From NCBI GenBank assembly GCA_965644495.1, contig CBFFSA010000008.1:186001-250000 (forward strand): 64,000 bases of DNA, in the 5' to 3' direction. The translations under genes were made by a program, and so were the position numbers. Positions 34,691 through 44,921 of the stretch are shown here, in pieces. Every line of letters starts with the position of its first letter. The stretch's first letter is position 1. The notes under the pieces are model-generated. The model made no database searches. It was not told the origin of the DNA and worked only from the letters and a program-made list of their open reading frames with translations. This DNA is from Perkinsela sp. CCAP 1560/9. Taxonomy: Eukaryota > Protista > Euglenozoa: Kinetoplastea.

Positions 34691-36265
34691 TTAGCACTCG
34701 AAAAGAGGAGAATCTAGAGCAGCCATTCCACTGGTTACCCCACCTCCGGAAGTTTGGGCAAACTTGGTGCGTATGAGATATCCACTTGACTCATTTGTTA
34801 GTACATTGCCTGTTTCGTGACTCAAATATATTCCGTAAATTCCAATTTCCGGAACCAGTAGCCCTGACTGCACACCATTTTTAGGGTGTAAAATATGCCC
34901 CACCTTTGTTACTGAGTCTATCTTCCTTGTTAGAAGGTAGGGAAGTCCCTTGCCACCGCGCATAGCTTGCTTCCAGCCCTGCAGTAATTTTGTCATTGCA
35001 TCTCCTGTAAAAATTTGTCCACTACCTTCGCGGTAAGACTTCAAAACGTAAGTCGTAGGAAAGTGTAACGCATCTTCCACTCCCTCTATTTCTTTTTCCC
35101 CTACTTGAAGAAGATCATATTGAGGCAACATGTATGAAGTGAGTTCTTCAATTTCGTCCTTTGACCAGTCTCCATATCTGAGGAGAAGTTCACGAGAGCA
35201 CAGTGCTTCTTGTACTTTTTTGAGAGTACAAAGATGGTGCGGTAGGGAAGGACATTTGATACAACTAGCACGCTCCACAATCTCACGGGCGTGCCAACAA
35301 TCCTCCGTGGGATAATCATTTTTGTCATAGCCGCAACGATAATATGCGACGGATACAGGAAGACCATCTGGCGTGCACAATTCTGGCATGGCGCAAAGGG
35401 AATTAACACGTTCTTTTCCAGTTGCGATGTCTCGATTGTGACGTAAAACGAATGACGTCGCCACCTCCGAAAGCGTGGCATAAACCGTTTGTAAACCGTA
35501 TTGCTGTGACAGTACTTCAGAAAGAGGAAAAATGTCTGCTAAGTTACGCTCATCAGCCTTACGAATAACGAGTAGAACGCTTAGCTTCGAGTTCACACGT
35601 GTTGCGTTCTCACGGCGCCATAGGTGAGTTGCCTCGACAAGAGCTTGGCAAACTTTACTTTGCGCATCGCACATAGCGACTGCGGGGTTAAGTACATTTC
35701 CCTCAGCATTGTTTTTATATTTCGAATGCGTAAAACGATGAAGCGCATTTACTTTTCCTGCCAGACAAATAAAGGCGCTTGCTATTGTGTTGAACTCCAC
35801 CTGTCGTAGCTTGTTGGTTGTCCTTTCAAGCATATAGTCATAGCGATTCACACATAACATCCATTTCTGGTAGGGCACCACTGTGGCGTGGGGGGTATTG
35901 GACGCAGAGTTTGAGCCAAATTTATCAAACTGAGTATCAGTTGGAGCATATACGGAGATGGTAATTGAAAGAAGTCTCTCTACAAAAGGATCTACTGTGC
36001 TCACGTGATATAACGTGTTGAGAAGGAAAGGTAAATCACGAGCTATGCGATCTAAAACGATATTATACTTTTCCGTAACGCGCACTGCCCCTTGAAGCGG
36101 AATACGAGGTAAACTCATAGGCTGCAAAGTAATCGGTACGTGCAAGCCCGTGAGTGAGCCTCTGAAGACATTTTCGCTAGGAAGATCAAAGCTCAAAATG
36201 CCGTGTGTCATTGCATAGAGTGACGCATCATGTGCACAGCTGGCGATCTTTCTTTTAAGATCCAT
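34691..36265 (-). CDS. GSS: Glutathione synthetase (eukaryotic type)
   Basis: RYDYM, QVEFNTIASAF, YYRCGY, IKCPS, VLKSYREG, EIGIYG, GYLIRTK, GGVTSGMAALDS. Confidence 0.93.
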   Translation of the reverse strand: MDLKRKIASCAHDASLYAMTHGILSFDLPSENVFRGSLTGLHVPITLQPMSLPRIPLQGAVRVTEKYNIVLDRIARDLPFLLNTLYHVSTVDPFVERLLSITISVYAPTDTQFDKFGSNSASNTPHATVVPYQKWMLCVNRYDYMLERTTNKLRQVEFNTIASAFICLAGKVNALHRFTHSKYKNNAEGNVLNPAVAMCDAQSKVCQALVEATHLWRRENATRVNSKLSVLLVIRKADERNLADIFPLSEVLSQQYGLQTVYATLSEVATSFVLRHNRDIATGKERVNSLCAMPELCTPDGLPVSVAYYRCGYDKNDYPTEDCWHAREIVERASCIKCPSLPHHLCTLKKVQEALCSRELLLRYGDWSKDEIEELTSYMLPQYDLLQVGEKEIEGVEDALHFPTTYVLKSYREGSGQIFTGDAMTKLLQGWKQAMRGGKGLPYLLTRKIDSVTKVGHILHPKNGVQSGLLVPEIGIYGIYLSHETGNVLTNESSGYLIRTKFAQTSGGGVTSGMAALDSPLFEC

Positions 36266-36401
36266 GTCCGGCGTTTCAGTCTTGTACGAGACGTGACATG
36301 AGCAATTAGATGTTATGAATCTAGCTAATGTTTTAAAAATAAATTGCCGTCAAAGTACATGTATTTATTGAGGGAGATACTCCCTCCCTACCCCATATTA
36401 G

Positions 36402-36586
36402 TACTGTCCCCTCCCGTTTAAACGCACCTCGTTTTCCGCGAAAAATGCGCTTAAACGGGGGGTCTGAATCACTACGTAAAAAAAAAAATTGACCCCGCTT
36501 CGCGGCGCCGGGCTCTTTCCTTCAACTCTATGTGCGCTTAAACGGGGAGGTCTGACCGGGTGCGCATAAGGGGAGGGGGGACAGTA
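36402..36586. mobile_element. TA-flanked MITE
   Basis: tactgtcccctccc / gggaggggggacagta ends; internal tgcgcttaaacgggg repeats and a cgcttcgcggcgcc motif. Confidence 0.75.
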
Positions 36587-36667
36587 ATAGAATTTCGCCC
36601 GACAAAATATTTTCAGAAAAAAGTTTTTTTTTTCGCAAAGAATCAAAGGCAACACCATAAACTGAGA

Positions 36668-36783
36668 GTGTTGCCAATCCCTGGTCAGTAATCGGCCCAG
36701 GGACATAGCAACTCCCCATTATCTCGGGCGTAGTAAACACGCCTTGGCTTGCCTGGCACTGAGATCAGCCATTGGAAAAAAAA
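36668..36783. repeat. Inverted terminal repeat (3' end of element)
   Basis: Exact reverse complement of 42258-42373. Confidence 0.95.
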
Positions 36784-37338
36784 CGCATTTTTTTCGTTAG
36801 AGGCCTCCTTTCTCAGCCCAGGGGCTTCCCACTTAAGGGGCCCGTTCCCACAACCAAGTGATCTCCCCGGCAACACGATTTCATTCGTGCGTCAAGAAGG
36901 CTGGGCTATGGGACCAGGGAGCTCTAGAACAAGTGCAGCAACTTGTGAGCCTAATTCGACATGAAATGATAGTGGGATTAAATTAGTTCATAGTAAAACT
37001 AAATTATACATTGCATGTACTGAAAACATAAAAAAGGAAAAATAACACGCGCATAGCTTATTATGCGATCTTAAAAGATTTTGTGTTTCAAAATATTTAC
37101 ATGGTCATAAACAAAAACCCAGTAAAAGCAAATTACCTGTAAATTTTAGATTCTCCATTTTCTTATTTTGTCGAATCATTCGACTCGAATGCTGACGGGG
37201 TTCCTACTCTCACTCTGTGCGTGGACCTTTGACGAGTTGGCTACGGATTTTCCGTAACTGGAGCAATAGAGATGAAAATACTGGTTCATTTTTTTAGTGT
37301 AGTCCATTCGCCTTCGCAGCTTCGTTTACTTGTCAATC

Positions 37339-39094
37339 TCAGATTATGATTGGGTCCATATGTGAGAGAGCGATTTCGATTCCTCCGGGCAACAGACCGT
37401 CTTTGACTCGGAATCCGAACTCTTCCCGCGTTAGGCCGTCTGCTGGATTCTCCTTAGATTTGAGATAAAAGATGCGAAACGATAGCCCAGTCTTTCTCCT
37501 TTCTTCGATGTCTAGGAGCTGCTGACAAATTGAATGTCGAACTGATGTGCGCTTTTGGAGTGCCCGCACAACGTCCATATTATCGCATCCTAGAATCACA
37601 TGGGGAGCAAGTTTCCACCCTGTGATTAAGGCGGCTTTTGCCGCAGAGAACTCAGCATCGTATATCTCCCGATACAAGTATTGGAATACTTTCTTGCAGC
37701 AAAATTTCTCCCGATTGACGGAGTACGCATAAACCAGTGTGGGTCGAAGATGCGTCCGAAAAAGCAAGAACGAGATGGGATATTGGAATTGGCGGTAATG
37801 CGCAACTTCTCTTGTTACTCAATATACGCACTACATGCATGCTCAAGAGCTTTAAGTCTTCGCTCTTCAATTTGTAAAAGCTTTCTTCGGATTGGTGCGA
37901 TATCTCTTTCGCGATCATTCGAACATCATAGACTGAAGCAAAGGAGGATTGGGTGACCATTGTATCCCACATGATCACACCTATCACCCTCTTTATGTCT
38001 CGCACGGTCGTAGGTGACACGGTTTCTAGTACTCTCCAACGAGCAATGTTAGATTCAGCGTGTTTCCAAAATAATTTGTCTATTTCCCAAGAGAACTCTA
38101 TTCCTAAAAATAGGGCTTGATCACATGGGCCGTCGATATATTTCCATTCGACGTTGCAACCCGTTGGCAGTCTCTTCATGCTTTTCATGAGTTGCGATCT
38201 TAACTGACTTAAAAAACCTTCGTTGCTAGATATGACCAACACATTGTCAATCCAAACAAATACTGCACCTTGTTTTGCTTTTGTCTTCTTATTTATCGCC
38301 CACGCGAATGCCGGAGGTGATTCAGATGTGTCTCGGACAGGTAACATCTCATGACCTGTAGGACAAGCCGCTAAAACAATTATCCATGCCAGACATTGGG
38401 CAAGATAAGGAGCCCAAGAGAACCCCATTGGGAGAACTCGCAACTCGAAAGTCTTGTCCTCGCATTTTATTGAGAATATGCGACCCAAGCCTGATGGGAT
38501 TCGTATTTGATGAAAGAAATGACGAATGTCCGCAATCAAGAATTTTCCACCTGGAAAGCATGATAAGATGTGTGTGACTTCTGCGAGAGCTGGAAAGTTT
38601 AGGCTAGGGGGAGTAGCGCATCTATCGTTTATAGGGGTGCCATCTACGATGCTCCGAGATGAAATTTCATCTTTTGGCACTTCAAAGTATCGGAAATAAA
38701 GGCGAGAATCATTACGAAAATCCTGAACTCTGCGCAGTACTTCATACGAACAAAGCTCAGCTAAGTGATCACGCCATTTTGCTTCAGAATGTACCCCAAG
38801 TTTCCCACGAAAGCCTTCGAATTCCGTGAAAAGACGAAATGAGTGTTCATCAGTGAGTATGGTAAGGCACTTTTTTCCCCACGTGTACGTGCTTCGAGAT
38901 GCAATAGCGCATAGAGTATCGATATGAAGACGACCTGCAACCGAAATGGGATCAAGGGCCCGTTGCTTTAGCGTACAGGACTTTTGGAGGACTGCACCAT
39001 ATGCCGTTCCATATGCTAGGTTGTCCGCGGGTTCGTTCACTAATACTATATTATATCCCAACGTCAAAAGACGAATAAACCTACGTTTATTCAT
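37339..39094 (-). CDS. Reverse transcriptase-RNase H (one frameshift at ~37660)
   Basis: FEVPK..RSIVD, ADIRHFFHQI, LPMGFSWAP, VWIDNV and FLG; RNase H residues AFSDAS (frame 1), then IYDAEF, GCDN and ENPADGLTR (frame 2). Confidence 0.9.
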
Positions 39095-39438
39095 TAGTAA
39101 TCAAATGGCGGAATGCATAGCTGTGCGCCACATAAGAAATAATCGTTGTACAAGACAAACTTGTACAAGACACGTATGATATCACGTAGAGATTTAGCAC
39201 ATTATTGGAGGAAGGTCTCATAGTTGTAACACTCGATTTGTAACGACTCTCTTTTTTATAGCTTCCAACTTCTTTCACTTAACGTTTCGACTTGAAAACC
39301 AAACTTTTAGTATCTTTAATTTAGTGAAACAAGTCTCCAAGGAACTAGTTTACATGGAACTAACTATATTATGAACTGATTACGCAGAACTAAGGTAGGA
39401 GAAAATCACGCGAGTGGCTTTTTGTTTCTTTCCGTTCT

Positions 39439-40320
39439 CTAATCATGCACTTGAGAATGCGGTGCTAAGTAGTGCTTCTGTCTCACCTGTCTCGACATGC
39501 CCGACAGTGCACTGGACATCATGTCAGCGACGTTTTCTACTATGGCCCCAGTACCACCATGTCTCAGAGTGTGAGTTCCATCAAAAGTCACTCCAGATGG
39601 CCATCCCAGTTCGGTGGATGCTCTTTTTACAAGTTTACTCGTGGATCTTTTCTTGTACGCCGGAAACGCAAGGTCTCCATGTGTTACGTCACGCAGGGCA
39701 TTTCGCACTTCTTCGGTTGCAACATGAGTAAGAGGTTTGCACCTTTGCTTATCAGTTGAGTAACTCTTTGTTTTATCGTGGCGGATGAGAAGATGAGACC
39801 AAGAGCCTTCTACACGCAAATCCCCGCCACGTATCTTCTCCACTTCACAGGATCGAAGAGCAGCGTAGTATTGCACGCGAAAAGCTCTTGCGAGCTGCGG
39901 CCCGTTAGCACGGGGTGTGACCCACCGTACAAGTTCGTGTAACATATTTTCTGATACATAGCCTCTGGGACATTTTTCTTGTCTATGCTGCTCTGCCTCA
40001 ACGGCAGCCCCGTCCACTGCCCGAAGTATGAGGCGGTCGCCTGCCCAGGGGCGTTCACCTGCTTCGAGGTCAAAGCTTTGACATTCCTGATAGAAGAGCA
40101 AGGCACTGCGGTAACCTTGAAAAGTCGATTTGGCGCATCCAACCGATGCGTGATGCCACAAAAAACATCCGAACGCTTCTTTCGTTATTTTTTCGAATCC
40201 TCGGTTCTTGCAAAACTTTCGTAAAGCAGCAAATCGGGCCTCGTACATCCTTCGCGTTCCGGGTGCAATCGACTTTAATGCCAGAGCTGCCAGATACCCT
40301 TCGCAAGAATCTTTCTGCAT
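39439..40320 (-). CDS. Tyrosine recombinase
   Basis: SAM-like N-domain (SIAPGTRRMY..STFQGYRSAL), then catalytic residues R (AALRSCE), K (DKTK), HTLRHGG and Y (KHY). Confidence 0.92.
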   Translation of the reverse strand: MQKDSCEGYLAALALKSIAPGTRRMYEARFAALRKFCKNRGFEKITKEAFGCFLWHHASVGCAKSTFQGYRSALLFYQECQSFDLEAGERPWAGDRLILRAVDGAAVEAEQHRQEKCPRGYVSENMLHELVRWVTPRANGPQLARAFRVQYYAALRSCEVEKIRGGDLRVEGSWSHLLIRHDKTKSYSTDKQRCKPLTHVATEEVRNALRDVTHGDLAFPAYKKRSTSKLVKRASTELGWPSGVTFDGTHTLRHGGTGAIVENVADMMSSALSGMSRQVRQKHYLAPHSQVHD

Positions 40321-40915
40321 CTAAAAGTATGCAAAAATACTCAATGTGTGTGATTACATGGTTTATTTACATATACCGTATGCAATCTCATATCTTCAAC
40401 GGAATGGCCAGTTTAATATATTTAACTTTCCATGTGTAAAATAGCGGATGAAATAACAGACTGCTTTGTTGTAGACACACTTATTCATTCAGTTCATTAT
40501 GTCTTATGGTTTCCCCGATTTTCAAGGAGAAACTGCACCATATTATGACTTACTTTTAATCTGGATGCCACCCATTTGACCCTTTTTGGTATTCCAACAA
40601 ATTGTGCTTAATGATTAGGCACCTACGTACTAGATACACTGTATGTTAATCTGATAGGAATAATTATCACACTTTCCCTCACTATACATGTATTACTTAA
40701 CGTCTAAGTAATGTGCAAAGCCCATTTTCTTTACACAATGTCTATGCTGTATAAAGGCGTCTGTTGTGTGTGAGTGTCACTCGTTGTATGACAAATACGC
40801 ACAATCCTAATGATCTGCACAAGCAAATAATAATATTCGTGCTCTATGTTCAGCCCAAACATGAATCTGATTAAGAAAAACTAAAACATACATCTATTGC
40901 CCCCAAGATCGGCAA

Positions 40916-41959
40916 TTACGGCCCCTTTTCATGTTTATTCTTTCGATCGTTCATTTCCCGAGAAATCTTTTCTGGCCGTTCTTGGCCTTTGACGAAACCT
41001 TCTCGATTAGAACGATAAGATCGAGGGGCATACAAATTTACTGGTCGCGGGCGGTTGAAATAACGCACATCCGGCCCAAATGTTCTTCTGTTGTTTTGGA
41101 CCATGCCTCCCCGTCCATAGCCTGAAGTACTATTTTGGAAGGATTTCGCCTTCAAAAGAGTCTCCGGTATAGTTACGGAGTCGGTCTCTGGGAGCAATCC
41201 GACGTTCTTGCGGCAAAGAAGAAGAGATTCCTCTTTCTTTACGTCGTCAAAATCGGCGCTGAACACAAGAAAATGAGCAGCGAGTTCTAGAAGGAAATGG
41301 TTAGCTGCTATTGATACCGCCTTGTTTTCTTGTGCCGCCTTGGGGGATACACCTTTTCCTGCTTGCGTAAGCATCTCCTTGAAGAAAATAGCGTAGCGGG
41401 TTAGAAGAAAGCTTTCGGCCCATTTTTGAAACTTCGGGTTGTGCACTGCCTCCCACAGTTGCTCTCCAAGGTGAGGACGATTCTCCGTGCCTGTCCATAC
41501 GGTAAGTTGCCCGTCCTCCTTTTCTCCTTCCCGTGCTTTCATTTTCTTTGGCTCCTTCGGGGGGTCCAGCATGAGGGAAACCAAAATTCCTCGATGTTCT
41601 TCGTTTCCAATCAAATTCTCGAATCCGGAGACGTCCTGTGTTCGGCGGACACCCAAAAGTTTGGCTGTAAAACTTGCTTTTTCACTGAGGGTTTCTCCCC
41701 TTAATACCTTTTCAACGAAATCCATGATTGCACTTGCGCATTCGTCTTCGCTGATTTCCGCCATAAATTTGACAAGGAGATTCACATCGACTGCGCGCTC
41801 AAAACGTAGAGAAATTTTTATGCTCGTTTTCGTCGAGCATGCCTGGTCGACTACGCTATCGACGTTTGCGTCAAAGTGGTGAGTGTGGCCGACTATAGGA
41901 ACTGAGCGGCTTTGTGAAGCTTGGGGTGAGGTAGCTACGGAGGGTCGTTTCTTCGGCAT
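40916..41959 (-). CDS. Putative gag-like ORF1 of the YR retroelement
   Basis: First ORF inside the ITR; helical, with an R/G/N-rich basic C-terminus; no CCHC knuckle; assigned by position. Confidence 0.65.
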   Translation of the reverse strand: MPKKRPSVATSPQASQSRSVPIVGHTHHFDANVDSVVDQACSTKTSIKISLRFERAVDVNLLVKFMAEISEDECASAIMDFVEKVLRGETLSEKASFTAKLLGVRRTQDVSGFENLIGNEEHRGILVSLMLDPPKEPKKMKAREGEKEDGQLTVWTGTENRPHLGEQLWEAVHNPKFQKWAESFLLTRYAIFFKEMLTQAGKGVSPKAAQENKAVSIAANHFLLELAAHFLVFSADFDDVKKEESLLLCRKNVGLLPETDSVTIPETLLKAKSFQNSTSGYGRGGMVQNNRRTFGPDVRYFNRPRPVNLYAPRSYRSNREGFVKGQERPEKISREMNDRKNKHEKGP

Positions 41960-42257
41960 AAGAAATAAAATTTAGAGCAAGTTCCTACGCATGTTTTAAT
42001 AGATTAGATACGGTTGTGACTTATCCTGGTCATCTTTGCTCTCTCATTCTATATTCACCCTTTCTGTATTTCCACCCTCACGCTCGCCAGAATATGGATA
42101 CTTGCTGACTGCTTTATGTCAGCATATTCCTGTTTCTCTCTGTTTTCTCTCTCGCTCTTTTTCCTTACTACTTCAAGCAATCGGCGAAACTAATGTATTC
42201 ATCTATACATACGCCTTCTGTATTTTTTTTTCTGCTTTCTATTCTTTCGTCTTTCTT

Positions 42258-42373
42258 TTTTTTTTCCAATGGCTGATCTCAGTGCCAGGCAAGCCAAGGC
42301 GTGTTTACTACGCCCGAGATAATGGGGAGTTGCTATGTCCCTGGGCCGATTACTGACCAGGGATTGGCAACAC
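42258..42373. repeat. Inverted terminal repeat (5' end of element)
   Basis: Exact reverse complement of 36668-36783. Confidence 0.95.
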
Positions 42374-42375
42374 CC

Positions 42376-43918
42376 TCATTATCACAGGCTTCATAAGCAC
42401 CTTGATACCGGGACCAAGCCCAGTGACAGGCATGCCCATTGGCACCGCAGATCAGTTCCCTCCTCCCCTTCTTGTCATCATTCTAGGTTTTCAAACGTGA
42501 GACAAAACTCTAAGGGGCGTGGAATCTGTTGAGCATCTTTTATTAGATACTTCACACAGATGCGTAGCCGTAAAGGCATTGCATTCGAAATCCGTGGAAT
42601 AATGAACGCAGTGCAAAACTGACCCGACTGCGCAAGTCGTATAAGGTGCGTCACACTGACGAATCCATTTTGTTTTTCTTTCTATCCATTTTTTTTTCTT
42701 TACTTCCAGTACCCTGGAAAGCAACACAGACAGCAGTGGTACTGTGTGATGATCAGCAATATTTGCTTACAATAATCATTAAATTTACGACTACGAGAAG
42801 CCAATCCTCAATGATCACTCGAAGTGAAGTGCCAACCGTCAGTCCCGAAGGACTTCGAGGCAAAGTATAACCACCAACCGTCAGTTCCGAAGAACCCCGA
42901 GGTGAAGTGCCAACCGTCAGTCCCGAAGGACCTCGAGGCAAAGTATAACCACCAACCGTCAATTCCGAAGAACCTCGAGGTGAAGTGCCAACCGTCAGTC
43001 CCGAAGGACCTCGAGGCGAAGTATAACCACCAACCGTCAATTCCGAAGAACCTCGAGGTGAAGTGCCAACCGTCAGTCCCGAAGGACCTCGAGGCAAAGT
43101 ATAACCACCAACGGTCAGTTCCGAAGAACCTCGAGGTGAAGTGCCAACCGTCAGTCCCGAAGGACCTCGAGGCAAAGTAAAACCACCAACCGTCAGTTCC
43201 GAAGAACCTCGAGGTGAAGTGCCAACCGTCAGTCCCGAAGGACCTCGAGGCAAAGTAAAACCACCAACCGTCAGTTCCGAAGAACCTCGAGGTGAAGTGC
43301 CAACCGTCAGTGCCGAAGGACCTCGAGGCAAAGTAAAACCACCAACCGTCAGTTCCGAAGAACCTCGAGGTGAAGTGCCAACCGTCAGTCCCGAAGGACC
43401 TCGAGGCAAAGTGTAACCACCAACCGTCAGTTCCGAAGAACCTCAAGGTGAAGTGCCAACCGTCAGTCCCGAAAGACCTCGAGGCAAATAATAAATTGTT
43501 ATTATAATAATAATAATCGTCGACCGTGAGTCACAAATTTCCTCGAAGTAGTTCATTTTGGCGCCGAACGGTATGTTTTCCCCGGTCAGGGCCAAAACGA
43601 ACCGGAATAAAATCACTAATTTAGTGCCAGGCTCGGTTCCACATAGCATGTCAACATGTAAATAAAATTTATATCCTATCTTTGGGTCGGAACCAAGGAT
43701 TATAGTGTGTATATTCAACAAACCTGTATGTTCAAACAAATCAGTATGTTCAACAAACCTGTATGTTTAACAAACGAAGAGATGGACAAATATATTAAAA
43801 AAAAAAGTCGTACCTTATCGTACAATAAAACTCTTCACCCTCACACTTCGTCTTGTTAAGAAGACGACGCCGGGCTTGGGACCGGTATCAAGCGTGTTTA
43901 TGAAGCCTGTGATAATGA
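42376..43918. mobile_element. Non-autonomous TIR element carrying a 78-bp tandem array
   Basis: tcattatcacaggcttcataagcaccttgataccgggaccaagccc (42376-42421) is an imperfect inverted copy of 43872-43918. Confidence 0.7.
42818..43488. repeat. 78-bp dimeric (42+36 bp) tandem repeat, ~8.5 copies
   Basis: ccaaccgtcagtcccgaaggacctcgaggcaaagtaWaacca + ccaaccgtcagttccgaagaacctcgaggtgaagtg. Confidence 0.95.
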
Positions 43919-44177
43919 TAGTTTTAAGAAAAAAAACGCACCTTTTGGACCACTCGAGGCACCCCTTCTTCGAAAGCAATTTGAAAACTCGAATTTCCCA
44001 CATACATGCTTTTTTCAACTGGAAGCGTGTGATACGCAAGACCGTAGAGGAAGGAGGAGGCGAAAGGTAAGAAGCAGAAGGCAGAGCCGGTTAATGACGG
44101 GTTATACTGCGCCCAATTATTTTTATTTTGCACAAAGTTGTACGCGAAGAAGTTTATATTATAAACTATTTTATATA

Positions 44178-44921
44178 CACCCATGGACAGAAGTGTGCCC
44201 CCGGCCTGGCAAATGTGAATTTTTTTTACCCGTTTTTTCTCATTTTTGCAGCATTCGAGAGATCTCGTTCCCCTAGCGAAGAGCTTTGCCGCCTTTGCTT
44301 CATAGGGACCCCCTGGTACCCCCTGTTTCCAAAAAACATGGTTTTATTGCCCGTTTTTTGGAACACAGTCAATTTCTCTAGTATATTATCTTTTTTTCTA
44401 CCTGTTTTTTCTTCATGAGGACCCTGCCTCGTATAAATCATAACGAAACATCGTTTTGTCGATTTCGGAGCGAACAGAGATAGTCAAACAGCATAAATCC
44501 ACACAACTTTGTAGTTTTAAGCCACACAACTATGTAACCCTGACAAAGGCCACAGGAAAGGCGTTTAATGCTCTAAAACGTGCCCCACATAGATAGAAGG
44601 TGTTGAATTCCATCAAATCTGTTCCTAAACGTATGCAAATAGTTATTCAGACCAATGGGGAGCATTGCGGATATTGATACTTCTTCCTTTTTTCTCATTT
44701 TCTCATTGAAAGGGTGATTTTTTTTCTAGATGTCTAATGCACCATTTTTTGTTTTTGGTCTACTTCGGGGTCACCACCAGAGCACCAGGGGGTCCCTATG
44801 AAAAAAAGGCGGCAAAGCTCTTCGCTAGGGGAACGAGATCGCTCGAATGCTGCAAAAATGAGAAAAAACGGATAAAAAAATGGCATTTGCCAGACCGGGG
44901 GCACACTTCTGTCCATGGGTG
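44178..44921 (+). mobile_element. Tc1-like deletion derivative with ~140-bp TIRs and TA flanks
   Basis: ta-cacccatggacagaagtgtgcccccgg at the left end, mirrored at the right end; internal KVLNSIKSVPKRMQIVIQTNGEHCGY* resembles a Tc1 C-terminus. Confidence 0.85.

Larger units (their letters stand above)
36648..42374 (-). mobile_element. Tyrosine-recombinase retrotransposon (DIRS order; gag-YR-RT-RH) with inverted terminal repeats
   Basis: Co-oriented ORFs for gag-like, YR and RT-RNaseH; perfect 116-bp ITRs at 36668-36783 and 42258-42373; ggcaacacc direct repeat at 36648-36656 and 42366-42374. Confidence 0.92.

Noticed and set aside
36800-36915. HDV-like ribozyme (ggcaaca...ggctatgggac resemblance)
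   Set aside because: I could not build P1, P3 and P1.1 consistently, and it would be antisense to the element
36784-37338. DIRS1-type internal complementary region
   Set aside because: Only 8-9-bp matches to the ITR were found by eye
42818-43488. CRISPR array, or the protein-coding ORFs listed at 42753-43446
   Set aside because: Spacers are not unique and there are no cas genes; several frames are open simply because the unit is 78 bp
43928-43940. gaaaaaaaacgca identical to 36775-36787 as a possible split direct repeat
   Set aside because: Mostly poly-A and does not extend
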